Assembly: GCF_018350175.1 (NCBI RefSeq) | Contig: NC_058368.1 | Span: 129,086,001 to 129,150,000 of the forward strand | Source of the DNA: Felis catus | Taxonomy: Eukaryota | Length of the DNA stretch: 64,000 nucleotides | Direction: 5' to 3' | Shown: positions 41,596 through 54,536 of the stretch, one piece after another | Numbering within the stretch: the stretch's first letter is position 1 | Layout: every line of letters starts with the position of its first letter | Notes under the pieces: model-generated | What the model saw: the letters and a program-made list of their open reading frames with translations, nothing else | Databases searched by the model: none | Told to the model about the DNA's origin: nothing | Position numbers and translations under genes: made by a program

Positions 41596-41800
41596 AAGCG
41601 CCTGGGTGGCTCAGTCGGTTAAGCCTCTGACTTTGACTCAGGTCATGACCTCACGGCTCATGGGTTCAAGCCCTGCGTCTAGCTCTGTGCTGATGGCTCG
41701 GAGCCTGGAGCCTGCTTCTGATTCTGTGTGTCTCTCTCTCTGCCCCTCCCCTGCTCACACTTTGTGTCGCTCTCAAAAATAAGCAAACATTAAAAATATA
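41596..41800 (+). mobile_element. Felid Can-SINE
   Basis: gcgcctgggtggctcagtcggttaagc...gagcctggagcctgc, (CT)n, A-tail. Confidence 0.93.
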
Positions 41801-42387
41801 TATATAATAACATTAATTTCTGGTGAAATCATTTAGGGGGAAGTATGTTTAAGTGAATTTTATTTTTAAAACATCTGTTGAAATATACATACACATATCA
41901 ATTGATATGCATTCTAATTTAAAAACATCATAAAGTTTGGAAAGCTTGTAAAACTAGGAAATTATTTATTTCTGTCCATTATAGTACCTTTATGATTTTA
42001 TTGTAAAAAGGTAAATTTAGAAGTAAATTTAATTTTTGCATGGAAGAAGCATTTAGAGTGCTTTGTTACAGCATCCATATATAAAATCTGTTTGTAGACT
42101 AAAGTGGTAAGTTGGACTTTACCTCTTTTTTGTCTTTTTTGTCCAAAATGTGACACAAATAGGAAGGTGATACAGTTAGCATTTGAAATATCTTTCATCT
42201 TTATATGTAACCATGTTTGGATCTTTGGTTCAAATTCGGGCTCTGTTGTCCTTCTTTCCATTAAACTCTATATGAGATTCGTAGCTTAGATTAAGGAGAG
42301 AATGGAGTTATAAAAATGGCAGACCTAGGTCCATTCTGAAAGGGTTTAAAATGTATCATTAGGTTTTAGAATTGGGAATTTTTATGA

Positions 42388-42669
<282 letters not shown>

Positions 42670-43039
42670 TAATACAGTATACGTGGGAAAATTATTTTGC
42701 CCACTAAGAATTCACAATTCAGGGACTTAGTGTTTTGACTGTGATTGTATGTATTTTAATTTTTACCTGATATCTTTGTGTATGCTTTTTCATATTATCA
42801 GAATACAAATGAATATTGTACTTTTATGTATTAGAATGTGTTAAAATTCCCTATTATTTAGTTTGAAATCATGTAAAAAATCATGGAATAAGGAAGTAAT
42901 AATTACCTTGTAAAACAAAATATTGAGAGGCTTGAGAAACTATTTTTATCTCTTTTGGTGCAACCCACTTCATATTTGGGTTGCTGTGTAATTTAATCAG
43001 TTAGAATTTGTTAATTTTAAAGATAACAAACATTTATGT

Positions 43040-43202
43040 GACTGGGTTGGAGGGGCATGGGATGCTGTTGGCATTTAGAGTAGGAAAATTCTTTATTATA
43101 ATGCATTGTGTAGCATACCTGTTCCCACGTACTGTAAGCTGATAGTGCCTTCCAGTCTTTGGAACAACTAAGAGATGCTTCCAGACATTTCCAGATGTCC
43201 TC
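43040..43202. mobile_element. MER20-like hAT fragment
   Basis: acaactaagagatgcttccagacatttccagatgtcc resembles MER20; judged by eye. Confidence 0.45.
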
Positions 43203-43726
43203 TTAAGGACCTGTGTCTTTCATTTCTATGCTCTTTTTTTCAGCTTCTCACTTTCTATTGGATCTACCCATTTAGCTCAAGTTCCTCCCATCTTCAAAAA
43301 ACAAAAACAAAAACCAACTCTTTCCTTGGCCCCATTTTCTCTTCCAGCTGCTACACAATTTTCTCCTCTCTTTCAGAACCACGTCCTTACAGAAGTTAAG
43401 TCTTAACAAATAAAAATTTCATTCACTTATTCCTGTAACTATTTTTGTGTGATTTTTGTGTCCCTGCTGCCTCTTTTGGCGGGGGAGATGTCGGGGGGAT
43501 TTGACAGACTATGACCAATGTAAAGTGGGAGTTAAATGACAATGGAAGGATCCAGAATCCAGATTGTCTTTCTGTATGTGCTGGCCCCATATGGAGTTGG
43601 TACTACTGAAAGAGCTGGCCATTGTGTCAAGTGTGAATGTTACTATAGTGTTTTCAGTATCTACAGAGAAAGAAAATAAGGTCTTTTATTCCTTAGGGAC
43701 TTGTCTTACCAAAAAAGAAGTTTTAA

Positions 43727-43835
43727 GGTGTACTTGGCTAGCTCAGTTGGTAGAGCATGTGACTCTTGATCTCAGGGTTGTAAGTTTGAGCCCCATGCTG
43801 GTTGTGGAGATTGCTTTAAAATAAAATCTTTTGAA
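43727..43835 (+). mobile_element. Short Can-SINE
   Basis: ctagctcagttggtagagcatgtgactcttgatctcaggg; TSD aaaaaagaagtttta. Confidence 0.85.
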
Positions 43836-44929
43836 AAAAGAAGTTTTAGGACTTGGAAGAGATGCTTGTCTGCCTCAGCTTTGTCTAGAAATATTTATTT
43901 GCTTTGGGAATTCAGTATTTGAAATCTGTCATATTTTATTGCCCATGATTATGTTAATTCATAACTTCAGAGAAAATAAGTACATCCCAGTTTCTTTTGT
44001 AGAAGCATAGAATTTTCAGGTTTACAATTTAGTTTTATTTTCTTCCATTTCTAGGAAACGGTATATCTATATCTATATAGGTAAATTACTTTAATCTCCT
44101 TTTACTTAACTGTTTGTTTCTCTGTGTTTCACTTCCCACCTGCTTTTTGGGACTGCCATCCTAACATTTTCCAGTTTACATTTTACTTTACATTTGGTTA
44201 CTTTCCCTTTGATTAAACATAAATATTCCATAGGCTTTAGAAAGCCTTTAAGAAGTGGTCCAGCCTCCAGATGAAACCGCTCATTTCCTTTATGGTTTGG
44301 TCCTGGGATATGAAGTTAGAATCTAGTTTCTAAGGGTAATATTTCTTGGGCCTAAAGGTAAAGGCACCATAGTTTCTGTTTTTAGCAGAATATCCGCATC
44401 CTGCAAGAGGCTGTCAGAAGAGACATCTCTACAGAGGGACTCTGATGTTCAGCCTGCAGTAGTGCTGGGAGTGCTGAGCAGGCTTGGTTGGGGAAAGCCA
44501 GCAGAGCCCAGCCGCCATGCCTCTGCAGCTGGGCGGAGTGTGTGCATGACTCAGACCATGAGCAGAATTGAATGTGCTGGCAGATTGGAGTGAATGTGAA
44601 GGGTGAATCAGGCCTTGTCTTCGCTAAGATTATTTGTTAGAATTAATTAACAACAACAGTATTAAAATCCACACTCTTTGAAAGAGTATTTTTTTTTAAT
44701 ATACCAGAATTGTGGCCAGTTTTTTTATTTTAATTTTTTGATAAATGAGCTAATGGTTTCCTCTTTTACTTTTCTGAATTTCCCAAGTTTTCTTTAATCG
44801 GCGTGTATTGATATTACATATCCTTTATTAACAACTTTTTACAAATTTGTGTATTTATCATTTTGAAAATTTGGCGAATGTAATCTGTTTGTTTTTTCCA
44901 TCTTGTTGCAAAAATAAAAAAAACTACAT

Positions 44930-45155
44930 GGGGCACCTGGGTGGCTTAGTCAGTTGGGCGCCCGACTTCGGCTCAGGTCACGATCTCACAGTTGGTGGGT
45001 TCAAGCCCCGCGTCGGGCTCTGTGCTGACAGCTCAGAGCCTGGAGCCTGCTTCAGATTCCGTGTCTCCTGGTCTCTCTGCCCCTCCCATGCTCATGCTCT
45101 GTCTTGCTCTGTCTCTCAATAATAAATAACGTTAAAAAAACTTTTTTTAATAAAA
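44930..45155 (+). mobile_element. Felid Can-SINE
   Basis: ggggcacctgggtggcttagt head, full body, A-tail. Confidence 0.93.
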
Positions 45156-45454
45156 ACAGAACTACAAATATTACAATAAAAATTGACCATAATTTTGGTA
45201 TTAATGAAACTAACTTTTTATCTTTGTAGCCATTGTGTTTGTACATAATCTTTATTTTATTTCCCAGGTTGTTACAGACAATGTTATATCTTACATTTTC
45301 ATTTAGTTATTATTTCATTAGTATTTAGCCTTTTATGTTAGAATTGGTTTTATTAGTCTTTTATAGCTAACCACCGTTGGAAATGTGGTGCATTCCTGTA
45401 TCTTTCGCTTTGCTCATACGATCACAAACATGTGAAAAGTTAAGATTTTTGCTT

Positions 45455-45655
45455 TATTTATTTTTTATCTTATTTATTGTAAATGTTCCTCTTTGAGAGA
45501 GTGAGTGGGGGAGGGTCAAAGAGATGGGGGGAACAGAGGATCCTCCAAAGCAGGCTCTGCACTAACAGTTTGATACGGGGCTCAAACTCAAGAATTGTGA
45601 GGCCATGACCTGAGCCGAAGTCTGATGCTTAAGTGACTGAGCCACCCAAACCCCC
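45455..45655 (-). mobile_element. Can-SINE
   Basis: gcaggctctgcact...gacctgagccgaagtc...gactgagccaccc; imperfect TSD agattt(t/c)tgcttt. Confidence 0.85.
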
Positions 45656-46698
45656 TGAGATTTCTGCTTTTTTTAAAAAATGGAATCATACTCTACAGCT
45701 TACTTTTCTTAAGTGATACCACAGTGAGCCAAATTGACAAGTAGAACTCTTAATTCTTTTAATATATGCTTTATACTAAATTGGTTTTTTAAAGGCTTGA
45801 TTTAGTTTTCAATTCTCTTTCTGTGATTTGAGCTAAATAAGTGTAATGACAGAGCCACTTAAAATGTGTAAAATTTGGACTTTGGAATATTTACCCAGTT
45901 GACACTGGGTGAGAGGTCATGGAACCAGTTTTTTGTTGGGTAGGGATATCTTTACTCTGCTCAACACAAAGCCCCAGTAGGTTCAAAGGGCCTTAAATGT
46001 AGGGCCCACTCTTCCTCTTTGCAAGGTGTTCATCTGCCCACTGGGCAGGGCCGTGACAGATACATCACTATTTATGCCTCGCGTGTTCAGTCATCATACA
46101 TTTTGATATGTCTCCCATTTAAATACAGATATCTAAGTTGACCTGAAACCAAGCTGAAGGTTTGGTAAAACTGAAGGTCTCTCTTGTGAAGACCTCACTG
46201 AAGCCTGTCACAACAGCTGAAATAGCTGAGTTTGGAGTGTGGATATTTATGTTTTGATCTTGATGGCCATTGCCTGGCTGTGTGACCTTGGCAAGTCACT
46301 TTAATCTCTCAGTTTTCAGTTCCATCAGCAGAATAGGGGAGTTGCACCAGATGAGTTTTCAGAGTGCTTCTCAATTCGGTTGTGTTTTGGTTTTTATGAT
46401 TCCCTTTACATCTTTGCGGAGCCAAAGCTCCACTTTGCTTCTCATTTAGTTAAGCTTCAATACAGTGAGGGGTGATACTTGAGCTAAGTAAAATCTATAT
46501 AAGAATAGTTTGTTTTCCTGATTATCAGTTGAGGCTTGCTAAGGTTTGTGCCACAGTTGAAGGTAAGTCTGGAGTGGGGACCCGAGGTGTGGGATTGCAG
46601 TTGCAGAATTGGAACCATGTCATCCAGAGGGACTGAATAATCCCAGGATTTAGGATGAGAATATTCTTTATTCCCCAAACATTTCTTTTCTCCGTCAG

Positions 46699-46830
46699 GT
46701 CCTGAAACTTGAACCCTCTTCGGAGTGTATGCTTCTGCTCTTTTGTGATGCCCCGGCATACACTATGCTGGGGACATCACACCAGTCATGGAACCTGCAC
46801 AGGAGTCAGGAGGCAGCCTGTAGGGGCAAG
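46699..46830 (+). other. Candidate cryptic/poison cassette exon (132 nt) with in-frame stop
   Basis: Acceptor catttcttttctccgtcAG|GT and consensus donor AAG|GTAAGT. TGA at 46710-46712 in the ZSWIM6 frame. No transcript evidence available. Confidence 0.4.
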
Positions 46831-46834
46831 GTAA

Positions 46835-47004
46835 GTGCGCTGGTTTGTTTTGTAGCTATGTTGTGTGGCTTTGTGAAATGTTAACTATATGCATTTATGC
46901 CCTTTGGGATATAAAGTGGCATTTAAGCATTATATCCCAAGAAGCATAATAGTTTTAATTGTGCAAAACCGCACAATATAGTTAAAAAATACAACCAAAA
47001 GCAC
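46835..47004 (+). repeat. ~170-nt imperfect inverted repeat (long hairpin)
   Basis: 46853-46868 pairs with 46969-46984 (16 bp including 3 G-U); 46904-46914 pairs with 46930-46940 (11 bp perfect); further short helices on both sides. Confidence 0.85.
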
Positions 47005-47469
47005 AACCCTTATGCATATCTTTTAAAGGCTGATTGCATCTTCCTGAAAGGTTCCATGGCTGGTGTCGCATCTCTTGCATAGTGTTTGTGAGAGCTGTTG
47101 ATCCCATCAGGGCAGCCCACCACAGCACCTCAGAAGTGGGGAGCAGTGAGTTTTCATGTGACTTTTGTGCCGAGTGCCTCCTTTGAGTGTATTTGGCATG
47201 GAAACTAGACTTGACCCTTCTTTTTGCAGGATGCCTTTAACCTTAGCTTTGATGGCTGCAGAGTGTTTGTGTTTGATAAAACAAGTGAGTGGATGGTGGC
47301 TCTTTGGGCTGACTTGCCTCCTAGTACTTAGGACATGAGAGTATTCACCCTTCATCTTTCTGCTTAGGGGGTGCAGGACAGTGTGTGTGGGTGTGTTCAT
47401 GAACATCTGGCCACAGAATGGTATGACTGATTTATTCACATGTGAATAATAGCTGACACGGCTTTCTGA

Positions 47470-47718
<249 letters not shown>

Positions 47719-47924
47719 TAGCATTATTGGAGTGGGAGGTGGAGAGTTGAGGGATTCAATGGGAGAGGGATGAATGCTTGGCAGGAGGAGCTGAGTTTTG
47801 CATTCAAATCCAAGTTCAGAAATGGCTTCTTAGGTCTTTTTAATAGTATTTTGAGGAAAAACATCATTCTATTTACATGCTATTTTTGTACATTTATCTG
47901 ACGATGACAACTTTGTCCCCTTAA

Positions 47925-48173
<249 letters not shown>

Positions 48174-48424
48174 TGAAATTAGGAGATGGCTTTACTCACC
48201 ACTCATTTGGAATATGTAATAGCTGATCTGTGAGAAATTTGAGGCACGTTTTGTCTTGGTTAAATGTTGTAAGAAGTAGGATTTTTAAAAACATTTCTTA
48301 GGTTAGTTGATTTTTTTAAGGGGATAATTTTGTTGTTGTTCAAGTAGTTATTTAGTGTGTCTGAATTATCAAAAATGCCAGTGAGCCAATAGCTTATTTT
48401 GTGAAAGTGCATTCTAATTCTAAC

Positions 48425-48625
48425 AGTAAGGGGTCTGGGGGCACACTGTCCATGTTTGAATCCTGGCATTGGGTCCCAGCTAGGAGACCTTAGGCAGTAG
48501 ATTCCTCATCTGTGGATGGAGCTTAGTAGAGGATCTATTTATTAGAGTTGTTGAGAAAATTAAATAAGTTAATTGCTACAAAACTCTTAAAACAGAGCCT
48601 GGCATAATATGTAAGTACTTTAAAA
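48425..48625 (+). mobile_element. MIR
   Basis: gtttgaatcctggc...gaccttaggca...ttcctcatctgt...gagttgttgagaaaattaaataag...aacagagcctggcata. Confidence 0.72.
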
Positions 48626-49546
48626 CTTCTTAGCTGTAACAGTTTGTGTGTCGGGACGTGGTATTTGTTTAAAGTGATCAGATTTGATTTTTCAAATTCT
48701 GTAAATAACATCTGATGAGCTGCCAACTGACAGGACACATTTAACTTCTCTTTATCTTAATTTACTATTAATCTTTTAAATAAGTACTGCTGAGTAACAG
48801 TAATTTCAGAGAGTTATACTCAGAAGGCCCTGATCAGAAAAAGAAATACATATGCTTTTTCTGATTAATTAATGCACTTCTTGTTCCTTCCGTAGGTTAT
48901 AAATTTTTTTATGTTGCTTTGATTAGGTTTGTTTTTTCACTGTGGAGTTTTATTTCTTATTCAGACAAATACTTTTAGTTGCTAGGGGTTTTTTTTTGAG
49001 TTATGTTTTTGTTTTTAATCCTTCTATGATTATACACACACCAAGGATACAGCTAAAATTTATCACAAGTTGTTGTAATAGGCTGAAAGTTGGAATGAGT
49101 GTTGGTTGTAACTTTTAATACCCTCTATATCAGAATTATTATAGATGTTAATTAACATTATCTTTTATATGATGAAAGAAAATTTCAGAGTTAAAATTGT
49201 AACCAAAGAAAGGGGAGCTCAAATGAAATTGGAAGGTAATATCCCTGGCTATCATTATTTTGTTCATTTCTTCATGTTCTTCATAACATAACTGGTTACC
49301 AGATGTGTTTACAAAACATACTATTTAGATTTTTTAAAAATTTTTCTGAAATCCCTCTTCCCCTAAACACAATCTATAGCCAAAAGTAGCCACAGTCTAT
49401 AGCTACTTCTGAAAAGTATAAAGGATAATAATAATTCAAGCTAAGAGAAGTGAGGTACTTTTTGTACTGCAGAAATAAAGCTAGGTCATGATGATTGATT
49501 ATCAGATTAAAAAAATCATAAACTTTTCTTAGAAATGTTGTTTTTA

Positions 49547-49679
49547 GGGCCACATGGATGGCTCAGTTGGTTAAGCGTTCAACTCTTGATTTCATTTTAG
49601 GTCATGATCTGTTCAGTTCAGGTCATGATCTCCACGTCAGGTTCTGTGCTGACAGCATGGAGCCTGCCTAGGAATCAAT

Positions 49680-49733
<54 letters not shown>

Positions 49734-49748
49734 AAACCATCTTTAAAA
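49547..49748 (+). mobile_element. Can-SINE with expanded (CT)n at 49684-49730
   Basis: gggccacatggatggctcagttgg head followed by a pure CT run. Confidence 0.85.
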
Positions 49749-49767
49749 AATGTTTTAAACAATATCT

Positions 49768-49965
49768 GGGGCATCTTGATGGCTTAGTCGGTTGAGCATC
49801 CATCTCTTGATTTTGGCTCAGGACATGATCCCAGGTCGTTGTGGGATCCAGCCCTGCACCGGACTCCATGCTGAGCATGGAGCCTGCTTAGGATTCTCTC
49901 TCTTTCTCTCTCTGCTCCTCTCCCCCACTCATATACTCTCTTTCTCTCTAAAAATAAAAAATAAG
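49768..49965 (+). mobile_element. Can-SINE, tandem to the previous copy
   Basis: ggggcatcttgatggcttagtcgg head, CT tract, A-tail. Confidence 0.87.
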
Positions 49966-50334
49966 TAAAGATTTTTAAAATGTTGCATTATCTAAGAAAC
50001 GGAAAATGTAAAAAATGTTAGTTTGTATAGGTAAATTAGAATATGTGTTAAGTTAGACTCCTTTAATTTGTCTTTGAGACCATTCTTAGACCCATTTCTC
50101 TTTTATCTTGTGAGCAATGATAACTTATTTCAGACTGTTCTTAATTATTACTGTGATTACATTTCTATACCTATATCTTTTCTACTTTTTTATTGGTTCA
50201 TATTAAAAGAATAGGTTTTCCACAGCTGTTACAATTCCAAACTGCCATGACAGCTATTTGTTATGTGATCAAGATTAGTATATGTATATACACCTTGTAC
50301 ATTTTCAATACTGTTTGGCATAATATGTCAGCTT

Positions 50335-51135
50335 TTTGTTGTTAATTGAGGTATAATTCACATATAACAAATTAGTTCAGGTTTACAACATAATGATTCG
50401 ATATTTATGTATTTTGAAATGATCACATTTCATTTCATTTGTATTTATTTTTGAAGGAGAGAAATATAGTGTGAGTGGGTAAGGGGCAGAGAGAGAGGGA
50501 GACACAGAATCCAAAGCAGGCTCCAGGCTCTGAGCTATCAGCACAGAGCCTGACTTAGGGCTCGAACTAACGAGCCATGAGATCATGACCTGAGCTGAAG
50601 TTGGATGCTTAACTGACTGAGCCACCCACGCACCCTGACAAACTTTTTTTATGATGAGAACTTTTAAGATTTACTTTCAAATATGCAGTACAGTATTATT
50701 AATACATTTTTAAGTGTTTATTTATTTATTTTTGAGAGAAAATGAGCAGGGGAAGGGCAGAGAAAGATGGAGATAGAGGTTCCTAAGCAGGTTCAGCACT
50801 GTCAGCACAGAGCCTCACTCAGGGCTAGAACTCAGGAACCCTGAAATCAAGAGTCGGAGGCTTAACTGACTGAGCCACCCAGGTGCCCCTGCAGTACAGT
50901 ATTATTAACTGTAGTTGTCCTGCTGCACATTATATCACTATGACTTGTTCATTTTATGAATGGAAATTTGCACCTTTTGGCCCCATTCACCCATTTCACC
51001 CACACCCACCCCTGCCTCTAGCAACTACCAGTCTTTTCTCTGTATCTAGAGGCTTGGGTTTTTTTTTTTTAGATTCCACTTATAAGTGAGATCATACAGT
51101 ATTTGTCTTTCTCTGTCTGACTTACTTCACTTTGC
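50335..51135 (-). mobile_element. L1 3'-end fragment interrupted by two Can-SINEs (~50435-50635 and ~50708-50889, both minus)
   Basis: taattgaggtataattcacatataac...tagattccacttataagtgagatcatacagtatttgtctttctctgtctgactt. The second SINE has a perfect 19-bp TSD tgcagtacagtattattaa at 50684-50702 and 50890-50908. Confidence 0.87.
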
Positions 51136-52346
51136 TTCTTGATTTTGAAAAAAAAAAATGACACTCCTTTTTTTGTTTATTTCTCTCTTTTTTTTCACTA
51201 ATGTTTGTGTGGAAAGAAATAAGAGGAAACTTTATAAAATTTTATGTCGTTTCCATCACTTGATAATAGATTTATTTGTGTAAGTACCACACCTCCTTTC
51301 ACCATGTATCACCCCCCCCATAAAACATATATATTTTGTTGTTCCACGAGTAAACTCCTCTTTCTTTTTTCATACTGATTATGTATATGAAAGACAGTGA
51401 CAGAAACTAAAGGGAAAGACCCCTCCAAGGAATATAAGACTCAACTTCTATAAATTTTCATATATTGTGCCAAGCCATGGTTTATTTTTTATGTACTGAA
51501 AGTTGATGGTCTAAAACCAGAAGACTTCTAAAGGACTGTTGGATCCATGAAATGGTTCTTCAGTTATTTACAAAAAGTCAGCTTTTTTCTTGGATATTTT
51601 ATCTTGTGTATAGATTTCATTATATTTTCCTCTAAGAAGGAGCTACTCTTATTTATTACCTTAGTAAACACTTGGATGTAAAATATTGCATATTTTACAA
51701 CAAAGAACATATCTTAGAATATTTACAGCTTTTTTCTCAGGACTGTAATTTAACATAAGAACTTGAAAGTGCTACCATTCTGTTGAGAAAATGCAAAGGA
51801 TATGTTTCATCCAAATTATGTTATCTTCTGCTGTAGTTCCCCTTTGTGGCAAAGATCCTCTCTTTAATGGCTTACAGATTCATGATAATGAGGACTTTCA
51901 TAGGTGCTAGGGTAGTAATTAAATGATACCCATAGAGAAGTCCCAAGTCAGACCCAGGTTACCACTGCCATCTAGTCTCCCATGTAGGTGACCCAGTGAA
52001 CATTGACTTTAATGTATCTTCTTAATATAGTTATCCAGTATAATTCCAGGGAGACTTCTTAGTCTTCTCTAATGCCACTCTTGGGGAAGTAAGGGGAGTT
52101 GTTCCTCACTTCTCGGTAAAAATTTGGAACTCATTTTTCCTCATATAACATAATTTAATAGTATAAGTGGTAATGTTAACCCAGTACCTTGGACACACAG
52201 GCCTGTCCTCGAAAGTTGGCACCATTTATATGGATTTACAGATAAACTTTGAGAACACCAAATTGTTCACATGTTGGGTATTATGTGTACGATCGTTTTT
52301 TTAATTAAAGAAGAATTGCCAGTGGAATTCAGGACTAATTTGTTAG

Positions 52347-52661
<315 letters not shown>

Positions 52662-53018
52662 TAGTAGTACTTTCGGTTAACAAGGGAGCAAGGAAATGGG
52701 CATTCCCATGGTTTTATGGAAAACTTAACACACTGAGAAAAATCTTCGAATCCACAGTTGGGCTCATGTGTTAAAGAACCTTAGAAATACGTATTTTCTT
52801 CTAGCTAGTGATTCTGCATCTAAGAATTTATCTGCATTTATGACTGTTTTCCAGCGTTAAGATTTAAGATAAAGATGTATATCCTAGCATTGGGAACTAG
52901 AAATTTGGTTACTTTTTAAGTTTGTTTTTGCCTTAGAAGTTACTTGTGACTTACATGGGTTGTAGTCTACTTTAAGAGGATTATCTAATGTCACTAAAAG
53001 TGTTTTACATCACACATT

Positions 53019-53076
53019 ATTTTATTTTATTAAGTTCATTTATTATTTTGAGACAGAGGGCAAGTAGGGGAGGGGC

Positions 53077-53125
<49 letters not shown>

Positions 53126-53260
53126 CAGACAGACAGAGGATCCCAAGTGGGCTCTGTGCTGACAGCAAGAGAGCCCACACGGGGCTTGAACTCTCAGACC
53201 ATAAGATCATGACATGAGCCGAAGTCAGACACTTACCCAACTGAGCCACCCAGGCTCCCC
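53019..53260 (-). mobile_element. Can-SINE with long (AG)n
   Basis: TSD tacatcacacatt at 53006-53018 and 53261-53273. Confidence 0.93.
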
Positions 53261-54140
53261 TACATCACACATTCCTTTAAAGCATGTTTTGAGATTTCTC
53301 TCTGGCCTCTTGAAACTTAAGAATCAGCGTTAAAATAACTGCCTGTGGGCTGTGGACAGAGGTGTGGCAGGGAGGGAGTACTGTCCCTTTTCTGCTCTCA
53401 TGAATGGGTGAACACAGAGGATTAATAATGTTGTCCCTCCACAATTTCCCCTGTGGTGTTTGCCTTCATGGATTATGGGTGCCCCAGACTCTGTCAGGAC
53501 GGTGAAAGCTATGACTCTGAATTCATTTTCCTTGGGAGTCTGATGGTTGAAATTGGTTAAAATTTCTCATAGAAGTGCTTCAGCAGAAATAAGAGAATGC
53601 TCAAAGAATCGTTCCTCTTGATAACTGATATGACTCTTTGATAGCAGAAAGGACCTTGAAATTGGTTAGTATGTTGTGTTCTCTAATTTCTTCATTAAAT
53701 TCCAATATTGTGATAACACTTTGGAAACAACTTCTTTTTTAATGCCGGGCTTTAAAGAGTTGGTAACTATGGCAGTCATTATATAAGTTTACTCTTGTTT
53801 AAGTAAAGTTTTTTTTTGTTTTTTTTTTTGGTTTTTGGGGGTTTTTTTTTTACTCTTTAGTATTCTTAAGATCTCTTCTTAGATTTGTAGGGTTTTTTGG
53901 TGATTCATTTTCAGTGGGAGGAAAATATTTGTAATATTCTGTCCCTTAAAATATACATATCTAGTCATTCATGGTCATTTTTTAAAAGATCTAGAAAACT
54001 ACGCACTTTAACGTAAGAAACATATTTTCTATTTTTCTTGGAATAAAGTCAACGATTCATTTAATGGTCCTGGGTAAAATAAATATTTATACCTATCGGT
54101 ACCTGCAAAAGTAGTATCTGAACTCTGCTTTCTTTTGTGA

Positions 54141-54536
<396 letters not shown>

